Source: an uncultured virus (IMG/VR IMGVR_UViG_3300024268_000027) (taxonomy: Duplodnaviria > Heunggongvirae > Uroviricota > Caudoviricetes). Taken from it: a stretch of 54,695 bases of DNA. The DNA is taken from IMG/VR virus record IMGVR_UViG_3300024268_000027. One strand, given 5' to 3'. This document shows positions 1 to 10,300 of this stretch, one piece after another. The notes beneath the pieces are model-generated. The model had not been told where the DNA came from, made no database searches, and saw only the letters and a list, made by a program, of their open reading frames with translations. Both the position numbers and the translations under genes were made by a program. Position 1 is the stretch's first letter. Every line of letters starts with the position of its first letter.

Positions 1-972
1 CACAGTAATAATTGGAATGCGTTTCAAAACTTGTAGATTTTTTAAGTCTTTTGAAATGTTAGCTGCTCGTGTTACTGGATCTTTTGCTCTTCTTTGATCT
101 TCCATCAGAGAATGCTGATCAATAAACAGGATATCAAGTTGTTCCTTCTCAATAAACGCCTCAAGATCCATAACAGTTGCAGAGTGTTTTATCATCTTAG
201 GGGTAATAACTTTGATACACCCAGAAAATCTTGATTCCATTGAATCTAAGAATGCTTTATAGTTGTTCATCAACTCTGCATTACCGTGGATGATTCCGCT
301 GTTTGAGATGTGCCCCGCAAGAGTATCAAATCTGTATCCAACCTTGATTTCGCTCATCTCACCAGAGTAGAGACCGCACCGTAATCCTTGTTCTGCAGCA
401 GCCATTGCACATCTAAGAAGCACCCAGGACTTACCCACACCGGGACGAGCTACAATTGTTGCATATTCTTCAAGTCTATCCCAACCACCGATCAATTCAT
501 CCAGTTCATTAAAACCAGTCTTGACATAGTACTTTGAAAAATCCTGTGTTCTCTCTAAATATGCATCATAACGTGAGGTATCGCGAATGATATCGACACA
601 ATCAATGTGAGTTGAGGATAATACATCTTGAGAAGATGTTGTAAAGAGCGCCATTGCTCCCTCAATGTCACCGGAATTGATTCTATCACGAACGCCGTTA
701 AATACACGAGCTAGTGTTCTCTTGTTTCTATCACGATAAAGTTCATCAATAAGATAGTTTGGATTCTCTCTAACTTCAATCCAATCAAAATCAACGAACT
801 TGCTTGCAAATGTTAGTCTATCAGGAACTTGCCCATACTGACTCATATGGTCACGAATGAAACTGTATTCCTCAACATAATCTGAAAAGAAAGTATCGTC
901 AACATTGTTAACTTTAAGTAGAGATGCATCTCCAGTTTGAAGTAAGTAATTGAGTAGCTGTAACTGTACCAT
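1..972 (-). CDS. dnaB: Replicative DnaB-family helicase (3' end truncated by window edge; missing from ORF track)
   Basis: Manual translation from ATG at 972: MVQLQLLNYLL...KTGFNELDELIGGW...TIVARPGVGKSW (Walker A)...YSGEM...ILFIDQHSLM (Walker B)...ISKDLKNLQVLKRIPII; frame open to position 1. Confidence 0.92.
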   Translation of the reverse strand, partial: MVQLQLLNYLLQTGDASLLKVNNVDDTFFSDYVEEYSFIRDHMSQYGQVPDRLTFASKFVDFDWIEVRENPNYLIDELYRDRNKRTLARVFNGVRDRINSGDIEGAMALFTTSSQDVLSSTHIDCVDIIRDTSRYDAYLERTQDFSKYYVKTGFNELDELIGGWDRLEEYATIVARPGVGKSWVLLRCAMAAAEQGLRCGLYSGEMSEIKVGYRFDTLAGHISNSGIIHGNAELMNNYKAFLDSMESRFSGCIKVITPKMIKHSATVMDLEAFIEKEQLDILFIDQHSLMEDQRRAKDPVTRAANISKDLKNLQVLKRIPIITV

Positions 973-975
973 CTG

Positions 976-1686
976 TTATACTGCTCCTCTCTTATCACTT
1001 CCAAACAACTCAATATCTACTGATAAGTTCATGATTCTACTGTACAGCCTATCTCCAACCTTCTCACGAAGCTCAAGCCCTGTAAGATTAGATGTATAGA
1101 TATTTGATTTGTTCATATCAATCCGTGTATTTATCAGATTCAATATCTGTTCATGTTCCCATGTAGTTAATGCTTTTGTTCCAACTTCATCAAAAACAAC
1201 AAGATCTGCTGTAAATATATTTTTCTTTACATGTTGAATGTAGTCATTTGTTTCGCTGATGCTATCTTTCAACGCAAGAATAAATCGAGGAACATTGATA
1301 AACAGAACTTTACATTTGAGATCAGACTTGAACCAAATCTTCCCGATGTAGCTCTGTAGCAATCGTAATGCCCACGCTGTTTTACCGTTACCACATGTTG
1401 TAGAGTGTAGATAAAGATTGTTTCCGCCACCAACAAATTTCTCGATATTTACCTCAATTGACTTCAATTTGTTGAATGCTTCACAATCTGTTCCATCTTC
1501 ATCGATCCTTAGAGGAACATGTTGACGTTGTTTCATTGACATCAAAGACTCTTCATACAAATAGTTCATCCGAAACAATCTTGGACAATAGATGTTTTGA
1601 GTCTTACATTCTGCTTCAGGATTATTCTGATACTTCCAACAAGTGGATCTAAGATAACATTCATCACTTAATTGAATTCCTGACAC
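976..1686 (-). CDS. DnaC/DnaI/IstB-like AAA+ helicase loader
   Basis: Walker A STTCGNGKT, Walker B LVVFDEVG, YTSNL and GDRLYSRI motifs, N-terminal Cys cluster; immediately upstream of dnaB. Confidence 0.88.
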   Translation of the reverse strand: MSGIQLSDECYLRSTCWKYQNNPEAECKTQNIYCPRLFRMNYLYEESLMSMKQRQHVPLRIDEDGTDCEAFNKLKSIEVNIEKFVGGGNNLYLHSTTCGNGKTAWALRLLQSYIGKIWFKSDLKCKVLFINVPRFILALKDSISETNDYIQHVKKNIFTADLVVFDEVGTKALTTWEHEQILNLINTRIDMNKSNIYTSNLTGLELREKVGDRLYSRIMNLSVDIELFGSDKRGAV

Positions 1687-1703
1687 TGCGCCTCCTCCCT
1701 GCC

Positions 1704-2450
1704 TCAGAATACTTCATTGCTAAGTCGTTTTCTAACGGGTGTAGCTGGCTGAACATTTGAACCCTTGTTAGGCGGCTGTGTCAGTTTTAACGAAGTAAAA
1801 GTATATCCGACCTTGTAATCTTTGTTATATGTGTTGATTGCCCAAGTAATATCTCTATATGCATTGATGGATGCAATTTCAAGTACTTTTAGAGCAATAT
1901 CCAGATTTCTTCCTGAAAATTCATCAATCCGTGCCTGTGCAGCTACGACAGCTTGTTTTGTCATAAATCCATCTTTTTCGTATACTGCATCAATCCAGGA
2001 AAAGTATGCGTTCCGCAATTCAGGATTTACTGTAACAATATTCTGTTTCAATGTGTCCTTGATTGCTTCAGCCTTACTTCTCTTCGGTTTAGGTTTTGAC
2101 AGAGAGGATATATCTCTTATCAATTCTTCATCAGGAGACATCAGAATGCTTGTTAGCACTGTGATGTTGAGAAGAATAGTATCGGCATTATCTGTAGACC
2201 TTTCAAGAACACCGATCTTGATAAGATTATTCTCAATCTCTTTCTGTTCTTTTTCAGAGATTGTTGTTCTTTTTGTAATGTATTCCCGATCAATTGTGAA
2301 AAAATTCTTTTCTGTTTTTTCTTTACGAATGGCCTTCTCATTGATGTCCATAATCTGACTCAAATAGATGGCAGAGTTCAAGCCAATAATATGTGCCAAC
2401 TTCACATTAAAATGCACATAATTTGACATACTTAACAGATCAATCAGCAT
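1704..2450 (-). CDS. Putative replication initiator / replisome organiser (N-terminal winged helix)
   Basis: IIGLNSAIYLSQI...FFTIDREYITKRTTISEKEQKEIENNLIKIGVLE resembles phage initiator wHTH N-termini; canonical position before loader and helicase. Confidence 0.65.
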   Translation of the reverse strand: MLIDLLSMSNYVHFNVKLAHIIGLNSAIYLSQIMDINEKAIRKEKTEKNFFTIDREYITKRTTISEKEQKEIENNLIKIGVLERSTDNADTILLNITVLTSILMSPDEELIRDISSLSKPKPKRSKAEAIKDTLKQNIVTVNPELRNAYFSWIDAVYEKDGFMTKQAVVAAQARIDEFSGRNLDIALKVLEIASINAYRDITWAINTYNKDYKVGYTFTSLKLTQPPNKGSNVQPATPVRKRLSNEVF

Positions 2451-3286
2451 CAGCGACCCTCTTTAAGTAATTTGATAAATGCATCGTTCTGTAATCTTTC
2501 CAGAACAGTTTGAATTTTTGCTTTGATTGTTGGCTGTTTCAACTTACGAAAATATTCCATTCCGTACTCAGCCTCTTCATATGAGAAATGATATTTATCC
2601 GCAAAATACTGAACATAATCATCTTCAATATTTGACATAAATCTTGTTAGTTTTCTTAAACTAAACACTACTTGACTTCCAAGTTCCTTTGAAGTTTTAA
2701 TATCAAAAACTTCTTGTGTCTGAATAGCGTCTAACACAACAGCTGCGAAATAATCTTTCTTTGTGAAAAGATACTTTATGTAATCCTCAATTGCCCATTT
2801 CTCAATATCCTCATCTAAATTTTCTGAACTTTCTGGTTCACTAATGGTTGTACCGAACAACTCAGATAGCTCATCCAAACTAAGCAGTCCAAAATTATCT
2901 TTTCGTTTCTTTCTGTTGATAAACTGATAATATGTTAATCTTGCACACTTCATACATCGGTTTATAACCTTATCTGGGCCATTTGGATCACGATATATCG
3001 AGCTATCTTTCTTTTCCCAGCTCTTTGAAGTTAAACAACAGTAAACAGAATCTTCAAGCCACTCATAACAATCTTCTGGTGAAGCAACGTTACTACTCAT
3101 GTAATGATACTTTGCAATCAGATTCCAGTAACGATACATTATAGCACTAAAATATGAATCTTGAAGATTTTTATTACCTTCACTCTCAACATATTTTATG
3201 CATAGTTCATTCTTCGATAAATTTTGCCAACCATCAATTAGATCGGCGCATTGTCTAAACGCTTCTTTGTAATCGTCGAGCATCAC
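2450..3286 (-). CDS. Putative phage sigma-factor-like transcription protein
   Basis: Region-2-like helical pattern (IMYRYWNLIAKY...PEDCYEWL...RKKRK...LSLDEL); divergent, recognised by eye only. Confidence 0.45.
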   Translation of the reverse strand: MMLDDYKEAFRQCADLIDGWQNLSKNELCIKYVESEGNKNLQDSYFSAIMYRYWNLIAKYHYMSSNVASPEDCYEWLEDSVYCCLTSKSWEKKDSSIYRDPNGPDKVINRCMKCARLTYYQFINRKKRKDNFGLLSLDELSELFGTTISEPESSENLDEDIEKWAIEDYIKYLFTKKDYFAAVVLDAIQTQEVFDIKTSKELGSQVVFSLRKLTRFMSNIEDDYVQYFADKYHFSYEEAEYGMEYFRKLKQPTIKAKIQTVLERLQNDAFIKLLKEGR

Positions 3287-3315
3287 TCCCCCTTAACCGT
3301 TTACTAGTTACTATT

Positions 3316-3344
3316 ATTATAAGATAGGAGTAAGATAACATCAA
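3316..3344 (-). promoter_or_regulatory. sigma70/sigmaA-type promoter for the sigma-like and replication operon
   Basis: Minus strand TTGATG (3344-3339), 17 nt spacer, TATAAT (3321-3316); about 30 nt upstream of the ORF start at 3286 with its AAGGGGGAG SD. Confidence 0.75.
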
Positions 3345-3348
3345 CTAT

Positions 3349-3381
3349 AAAAAGAAACCGCTCAATTGAATGAGCGGTTTC
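3349..3381 (-). terminator. Intrinsic terminator after the SNF2 helicase
   Basis: 11-bp inverted repeat GAAACCGCTCA/TGAGCGGTTTC followed by TTTTT on the minus strand. Confidence 0.85.
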
Positions 3382-3450
3382 ATAACATATTTACATATTG
3401 AACTCACTCTTTACTACCACAATGATATAGTAGAAAATGAGTTTTATCAA

Positions 3451-5133
3451 CTAGATAAATTCTTCGATGTACTTCCTCAAGCTATTGATGCCTTTTTCTG
3501 TTATCTTTTCATCAACAATGTAATCAGAAAGTGCTTCCTTATCATTAACAAGCTCCCATACCCGTTCATCGATCGTATCACGAGCAATAAGATTGTAGAT
3601 GAATACTGAGTCCTTTGTACCAATACGATAAATTCTATCGCTTGCTTGACCAACATCCGCCGCAGTCCACGGAGTATCAATAAAGATCATGTAACTAGCT
3701 GCTGTAAGGGTGATTCCTGTTCCGCATTTCTGCCAAGTTCCAACAAATACTTTCGTGTTTGGATCAGTTTGTAATGCGTTCTTCGCGTAATCAATCTCCT
3801 CATCCGATTGGTCACCTGTTCCGATAACAACACCGTAAGGCTGTAGTATACGTGCAATCTCATAGACAGTTTCTTTGAATGTTGAGAATATAACAACTTT
3901 CTCACCACTGTCTACAATCTGCTCCGCTAAGTCTACTGCTCGTTCAATCTTTGAAGATGGAATGTTATCAGTTGTAAGGATACTCGGAAAAGCTGTAGCT
4001 TGTCTCAATCTTGCAACCATGGCCAACATATTTGTTGTAGTGAGCTTAACTTTCATCTGATTAAGCTCTTGAGCAATTCCCTCTTTAACATTATTATAGA
4101 ATATAGACTGTGAATCACACATATCTACATATTCTGGAATAAATGTTTTCGGAGGAAGATTCAAAATATCTTTTGTTCTTCTCAAAGAGTATCGTTTGAT
4201 TTGATCTTGGAGAATATGAACATTCTTGAATCCAAGCAACATGTTGCCAAACGGACCACCGTAGTTACAGTAATAATACTTGAAGTTAGTATAAGTTGCT
4301 CTTTCGGCTCCAATCCACTTCAACGGAGCATAAGAATCAAGGGGATTGTTCAATAACAATGTTCCTGTTGCCCCTATCCGGTGCTTTGCTTTGTTTAACT
4401 TGAGTAGATGTTTTCCTTGCTGAGATGTATGGCTCTTTGCTTTGTGTATCTCATCAACAACAATCATATCAAACTTGTTATGTTTGTTCTTCAAAAGAGC
4501 ATTGAGAATCTTCTCATCACGAAGAGTCTCAATATTTGTAATAACAAAGAACTCTTCAATTGGAGCTTTTAGTTGTGCTAACCGTTCCGGAATTCCATCA
4601 ACAACAAGTTTACCTTTACGATTGATTCGTTGACCTAGAATTCTACAGCTGAGATCTGAATGTTTTTCAATCTCACTTTTCCAGTTAGTTTTTAGAGTGT
4701 TGATACCACAGATGATAAGACAATGTTCCAGCCCCTCACGCTCTTTTAGTTCCTTAGCAAGATATGTTAACTGTAAAGTCTTACCAAGGCCGGGAGCATC
4801 AAGAAGTAAGAAACAATCATGATTCAAACCATACTGAATACCTTCAAGCTGATAGTCAAACGGTTGCGTTTGATATTTAGATAACTCATAAACAGTGTCC
4901 TGAATATTTTTAACAGGAAGGGTTTCAACTGTTATATTATCTATCTTACAAGTTCTATCAAGGAACTCAGTAAGATTAGTTAACGGCATCTCCCATTCCT
5001 TAGTATCAGGATTGTAAACACATCCTTGAAGCATCTTCAGCTCTTCAACAATGAGCTTGTTAAAATCAAATGAAACAAACAGCGAAGTTATTCCAGGAAC
5101 TTTCACTGTTTGTCTCTCTTGTATTCGTATCAT
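3451..5133 (-). CDS. SNF2-family helicase with HARP-like N-terminal domain
   Basis: LLLDAPGLGKT (motif I), IVVDEIH (II), GATGT (III), GTGITLTAA (V), QASDRIYRIG (VI); N-terminal YNPDTKEWEMP. Confidence 0.9.
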   Translation of the reverse strand: MIRIQERQTVKVPGITSLFVSFDFNKLIVEELKMLQGCVYNPDTKEWEMPLTNLTEFLDRTCKIDNITVETLPVKNIQDTVYELSKYQTQPFDYQLEGIQYGLNHDCFLLLDAPGLGKTLQLTYLAKELKEREGLEHCLIICGINTLKTNWKSEIEKHSDLSCRILGQRINRKGKLVVDGIPERLAQLKAPIEEFFVITNIETLRDEKILNALLKNKHNKFDMIVVDEIHKAKSHTSQQGKHLLKLNKAKHRIGATGTLLLNNPLDSYAPLKWIGAERATYTNFKYYYCNYGGPFGNMLLGFKNVHILQDQIKRYSLRRTKDILNLPPKTFIPEYVDMCDSQSIFYNNVKEGIAQELNQMKVKLTTTNMLAMVARLRQATAFPSILTTDNIPSSKIERAVDLAEQIVDSGEKVVIFSTFKETVYEIARILQPYGVVIGTGDQSDEEIDYAKNALQTDPNTKVFVGTWQKCGTGITLTAASYMIFIDTPWTAADVGQASDRIYRIGTKDSVFIYNLIARDTIDERVWELVNDKEALSDYIVDEKITEKGINSLRKYIEEFI

Positions 5134-5135
5134 TA

Positions 5136-5441
5136 TTATTCCACAAACAATGTGTTAGTAGGCAGTGGAGAAGAATACTCTTCATCAATGTCTCCAACAA
5201 CAGTATTATCCACAACAAATGTCATCTTTGCTCTTACTTGGAAAAGAGTGTTACATTTGTCACATGTATATGTTTCCACAGCATCAACCGATGTTCCATC
5301 ATAGTCAAGAATCTTTCCGTAAACATCGCGAACAATATCAAATGGTTTACCAAAGAATGCATGAGGAACAAAAATTTCAGCTGGTAAATATTCTCTGCCG
5401 CACTTAGGGCACTGAATGATTTCAAATTTACGAGTTTTCAT
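5136..5441 (-). CDS. Small zinc-ribbon protein
   Basis: CPKC...CDKC pair; coupled to the helicase gene. Confidence 0.7.
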   Translation of the reverse strand: MKTRKFEIIQCPKCGREYLPAEIFVPHAFFGKPFDIVRDVYGKILDYDGTSVDAVETYTCDKCNTLFQVRAKMTFVVDNTVVGDIDEEYSSPLPTNTLFVE

Positions 5442-5460
5442 GTGAGTATCCTAAAATTAT

Positions 5461-5503
5461 CAAAATAAAATACTGTACGACTTATAGATTATCGTACAGT
5501 ATT
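5461..5503 (-). terminator. Intrinsic terminator ending the baseplate operon
   Basis: 12-bp inverted repeat AATACTGTACGA (5469-5480)/TCGTACAGTATT (5492-5503), followed by TTATTTTG on the minus strand. Confidence 0.75.
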
Positions 5504-5511
5504 ATATACAA
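5501..5511 (-). promoter_or_regulatory. Recurrent motif TTGTATATAAT (putative phage promoter), overlapping the terminator 5' arm
   Basis: Exact 11-mer also at 36244, 41161 and 50198; TTGTATATAAC variant at 31964 and 49202. Confidence 0.6.
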
Positions 5512-5550
5512 GTTGTAAGGGTGGAAATCAAGGATTCTACTAAAAATTAT

Positions 5551-6165
5551 TTAGATTTCTCCACCATCAATTACATTGTAAATACTCAAAGAACTTGTTG
5601 GAATTATGAATGTATCACTTCCTGCTTCTTTCCTGAGAATGTGAAGATGGTAAGAATCCGCACTAATAGTACCAGGATTACTTGGAAGTGTAGTTGCTAC
5701 ACTATCCGAGAATGTCTGAAATACTCCTTGATCGTCAGCATCAACTCTATAAAGCTCCACATATGTGAAATTTGGAGCATCCACACTTCCGTTTAACTGT
5801 TTGAATACTAAACTATTTGATCTTGTTATTCTTGCATAAATGTCGTATGCAGAATCAGTATCAATAGTTCCCTCCAAACAAGATCCAGAAAGTTTCACAT
5901 AGTAGCCACCAATAATAAACTCAATGTATTCTGATTTTCCGTCGGAATTAGATTGAGCAAAGTTATCGGGAATAACAGGTGTAATCATGTAACTACTAGG
6001 TGAGTTTTTTGAGTCATCAGCTGAGTTAGGTAACAATCCTCTGATCCAGGATGTTAAATTTTCTTCAGATAAAACACGATCATATTTACCTTCACGTTCA
6101 AAACTAACAGGGAACATCTTATCTACTGCGGTAGATTCAAGTGTAATTCTTTGAGTTGCCATCAT
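5551..6165 (-). CDS. Hypothetical baseplate-associated protein ending in IDGGEI
   Basis: 204-aa ORF, last gene of the baseplate operon; C-terminal motif shared with fibre proteins. Confidence 0.6.
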   Translation of the reverse strand: MMATQRITLESTAVDKMFPVSFEREGKYDRVLSEENLTSWIRGLLPNSADDSKNSPSSYMITPVIPDNFAQSNSDGKSEYIEFIIGGYYVKLSGSCLEGTIDTDSAYDIYARITRSNSLVFKQLNGSVDAPNFTYVELYRVDADDQGVFQTFSDSVATTLPSNPGTISADSYHLHILRKEAGSDTFIIPTSSLSIYNVIDGGEI

Positions 6166-6677
6166 TCATCTCCTTGACTTGTAGAAGTTGAGTTAACTCC
6201 AAGTTTCCAACGAATTTCAGATCGTGATCCATCTCGAAGTTTTGAGTAGACAGTGTTATCAAATGTAGCTGCTGCTAATAGAGTAGAACCGATTTGAAGT
6301 CCTATTGATAAAGAATCACTGTTACTCACAGGTTGTAGAGTCACCTCACTGCCATCAATTGTGGAAATGAATGTGGAATAGTATTCATCCGCAGATACAT
6401 CATTTGTAACCGTTGACAAATGAGCTGTTCGTACAGGTGAGGGATTATCTAGAAGTGCATTATCTGTTGGAAGGGCATGATTCTGCTCATAACGGAGAAT
6501 TAGATCCTCGACTCTAAGTTTATACAACTGAATGTATTTTTGAGTAGTCATATCTCTCGATGAACTACCTAACATGAAGTTTGCAAATATTTGTGCAAGG
6601 CTTGAAGTACTGTAACTTGTAGTGGTTGATTCGTTGTTAGTAACAGTACCTGAAACTGTTGTATTTGTAGTACTCAT
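6162..6677 (-). CDS. Hypothetical virion/baseplate protein
   Basis: 171-aa ORF with SD (AAGGA), overlapping the next gene by ATGA. Confidence 0.6.
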   Translation of the reverse strand: MSTTNTTVSGTVTNNESTTTSYSTSSLAQIFANFMLGSSSRDMTTQKYIQLYKLRVEDLILRYEQNHALPTDNALLDNPSPVRTAHLSTVTNDVSADEYYSTFISTIDGSEVTLQPVSNSDSLSIGLQIGSTLLAAATFDNTVYSKLRDGSRSEIRWKLGVNSTSTSQGDE

Positions 6678-6689
6678 ATATGTATTCCT

Positions 6690-7364
6690 TTACTCCGAAT
6701 CTGCAACATTTACAATGTTAACAATGTTGGGAAGTTCTCTAGACTCAGTATATTCTGTAACTCCGCTCGGTACAAGATCTTCCTCGATAACAACTTTTGC
6801 ATTGTATCGGATGTTAGTATCATCACTGTCTGAATTTGTATCATAAACAAAGTAATCCAGATTTCCTTGTGTTCTCAGATTTGTTGATCTGTCAACAATA
6901 GATGTTATATAATAGTCAACAGTGTAACCGGTTGGAATGATATATTTGAGAAGAGCAACAAGCAACTCGGTTTTCTTGATCGGAGTGTTTGAAGATAACT
7001 CAATCACTCTTCCTTTTTCTGTTATATCAATAGAAATGTCTGTAGCTGCAACTAATCTAGAATATAGATTAACAATGTATTCAATTGCCTTCTTTGATCC
7101 TTTATATTTTATGATGTGTGGAAATGCTTGTAGTACACAGCGCATATCATCATCGGTAGCAGCAATTGATGTGAAAAAGCCTAGTTTACTCTGCAGTAAT
7201 TGAAGAACAGAAGAATCACAAAGTTGAGTAGAACTAAGATAATTCATGGAGTCAATTGCTTGTTTGACTCCATTGAATGCAACATCATATGCTCTACAGA
7301 ACATCTGAAAATCTCTTGATTGGTCGGGATACACCTCGGGGACCATATCTTGAATTCTAAACAT
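6690..7364 (-). CDS. Baseplate wedge protein (P2 gpI / T4 gp7-like); start revised to ATG 7364
   Basis: AGGAGAG SD before MFRIQDMVP; LQLLQSKLGF...HIIKYKGSKKAIEYIV...YIIPTG is typical of tail protein I; follows the gp6/J-like gene. Confidence 0.7.
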   Translation of the reverse strand: MFRIQDMVPEVYPDQSRDFQMFCRAYDVAFNGVKQAIDSMNYLSSTQLCDSSVLQLLQSKLGFFTSIAATDDDMRCVLQAFPHIIKYKGSKKAIEYIVNLYSRLVAATDISIDITEKGRVIELSSNTPIKKTELLVALLKYIIPTGYTVDYYITSIVDRSTNLRTQGNLDYFVYDTNSDSDDTNIRYNAKVVIEEDLVPSGVTEYTESRELPNIVNIVNVADSE

Positions 7365-7377
7365 GTTCTCTCCTATC

Positions 7378-10300
7378 TTAACGAGCTTTACTAATAACAA
7401 CAATATCGTTTCGTTTTGAAGAATCAGACAATGTGTACTGACAGATTGTAAATTTGTTCATTGGATGATCAGGATTCAAGAAGGACTGTGACATCAGTGG
7501 ATATTCTACAAGATCAGAGTCAGGAACTTCATACAAGAAGTTGAACCTTGCAGTCTTATCAAGTAATCCTATATTTTCAAGAATGTCCTCAACAAAAGGT
7601 ATTGCATCTTCATGCAGATTAGATAGTGTTGGATATCTGAATTTACGAAGATCATGAACAGTAAATGTTGGAGTTGTCTTGTTTGTCACACCATCGGGAA
7701 GAACATCACAGAGTCTTAAAGTGTATGAAGAATTTGTTTCTGCTTTGACAGCATAGTAGTATACTACGTTCTTTTTTGCGGGAATTCTTGTTAAATTTTC
7801 ACATAGAGTATCAACAACAATACCTGTTCCCTCAACCTCAGCAAGTTCATCAGGCCTAAACAAGAACGCATAATCAGCCACTCTTGCAAGATCATTCTCA
7901 TCAAACTCGATGGAATTTACACACTCACAATCATAACCACCTTCCGCTGTTCTGGTAACTGCAATAAATTTATTAGTATCAATACATACCCACACATTAT
8001 AAGCATGTACAGTTTCGTAATCTATATCCGCACAAATGATATCGCCAACTTTTACTCCGATATTATTCAACTCAGTTGTTAATGCGGTGAACGTAAGAGG
8101 AATACTTGTAGTATTCTGTAAAGACATCAAACATGTCTCTGCCAGTATGCTATCCTTGGGATTATCACTTACTGCATAAGTTGTGGCATCTTCTTCACGA
8201 GATAATAGAATATCAAAAACATCAGAAACAGTGTAGCGCTTGAATATACTAGAAACATCAATGTTGGCTGCACCGTATACCCAGTAAGCAACATCGCACA
8301 GTTCATGTGGACGGGCAGCATCTACCCAAGAACCATCATAACTTTGACCATTCGAATCAACACCAGCATCAACAGCCTCTAAGGAAAGCATCATCTCTTC
8401 TTCGGCTGCAGTTAGCTTATGTTTTGAAATAGGACGCATTTCAGTCCAGTAGACTTTCAACTCGCCGTTTATACTATCAACTTCAATGGGAATTACATAA
8501 TCACCACCATCAAGTTTTATATTCGATAGCGAAACATCTAACCCTCTTGCTTTAACTGTACCCTCAGCTGTTCTCTCCCACAATGTCTTTGCATCAGCAG
8601 CATCAGAAGACATATCAAAATCACGAATCTTGTAAACATACAGATGAAGAGGAACAGTTGAATCAGAAATGATATCATAAGTTGTAACATCAATATCTTT
8701 ACCGCCATTGTACATTGCAACCTTATCTGATTGAATGTAGATCAACTCAGTATTAGAGCCAGACAATTCAGTCGTAACATTTTCGTCATCCGTCCATATG
8801 AATTTCTGTCCTTCATACAATCTTTGAGGAGAAGAAACTGACATATTGATATTACAAGAGGCAGTTACTGACCATGCCAGAGACTCATGATTTCTATTTG
8901 GTAATGTTTCAGAGTTGCCATCCTCATCAATAACAAGGAAGGAACAAAGATGTAACTGATATTCAGGGTCGTTTTCATTTATTCCGTTAGCATTTAGCAC
9001 TAACTGTTGTAAATCTGATTTAGCACCGGATGGTAACAACATACGCAGTTTAGTTCCAGAACCAAGCTTTCTGTAAAGCATTTCTGTTGCATACAGCTCG
9101 GTTTTGGATGCTTTGTTATCTATATTGAACCATTCATGATCACTACTCTCAAAATAAGTAGGACCCTCTTTCAAGAAGTCAAGTTTATTATCAAGAGCAG
9201 GGCACTCCCAAACAGTTGCAGTCGCCCCACTTCTGAAAGATCGTTCTATTCTTGTTCCTGCTCCTAAAATATAATACTGACTTCCTCTGTCGTTGGAGTA
9301 GATAAACTGCTCACCATCTTTCAATGTATAAGTGGTGTCAGAAGAATCTGCACTAAACAATCTATAAACAAGTTTACCTCTTGACTCAACGGTATCATTT
9401 AGAATCCAGTAAACTTTGTTTGTACCATTATCAGTATTGTTAAGATGAATCTTGTTGAGTTTTTTCTTCTCAATAGTATTCTGTCCAACACTGAAATAAG
9501 GAGTACCAATAATAAAAGTCTCAATAACTCTATTCAAATCAGTACTTACAATACCATCTGAATTGTTTACAGGATATACATCATTGATAGTTAATTTTAC
9601 GCTTTCATGAGTTGTTGAGGCAGAGTCACCCAGTGCCATAAAGAATTCATCATTGATTGTAACAGTTCCACTAGTAGCTAGTACTTGTGGATTTGGTTGT
9701 TTCAAAATGTTGAATGTTGGATTGATGATACAAGGAACATTGCTGTCTCTGCCGGTATACTTGATATATGTATACGGCTCAGAATCATCCTCGGAAGTTC
9801 TCCAGAAGAATATGATATATTCATCCGGCTGTAAAACATAATCAGTATTCTTAGGAACAACAATTTCAGGAGTCTCAATTCCAACTGAGTAGTTCTGTCT
9901 AGTTATAACAGTGCCATCAGAGTCAGTTCTATTGATACCAATTCCAATGTTTGTGATATACTGAACATAGTTTGCATACCGCTCTTCCATTATAAGATTG
10001 GGAGCAGTTAAAGTAATAACATCATTTTCATGTAACTTATCAGATGTATAGTACGGAGTATCACCAGATGAAAGTGTCATGAGTATATTACTTTCAGTTG
10101 TTATCTTATCAACAGTGTATGTTGTTTTCTCAGTTGCTGTTTCATGAGCAAGAGACTTTGCAAACGGAGTATCCTTGATAAATAACGGAGTCTTACCCTC
10201 CAGTACTGCTCTTGTAAAAACATCAACACGGAATTGCTTCCACAATGCTGCTTGAGTTGAATCTGTAGGCTCTTTGGAATTTGAGTCAATTCTCAAAGAC

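Noticed and set aside
1704..2450. Iteron-type origin inside the initiator gene
   Set aside because: No convincing direct repeats found by eye; only A/T runs explained by Lys/Glu codons
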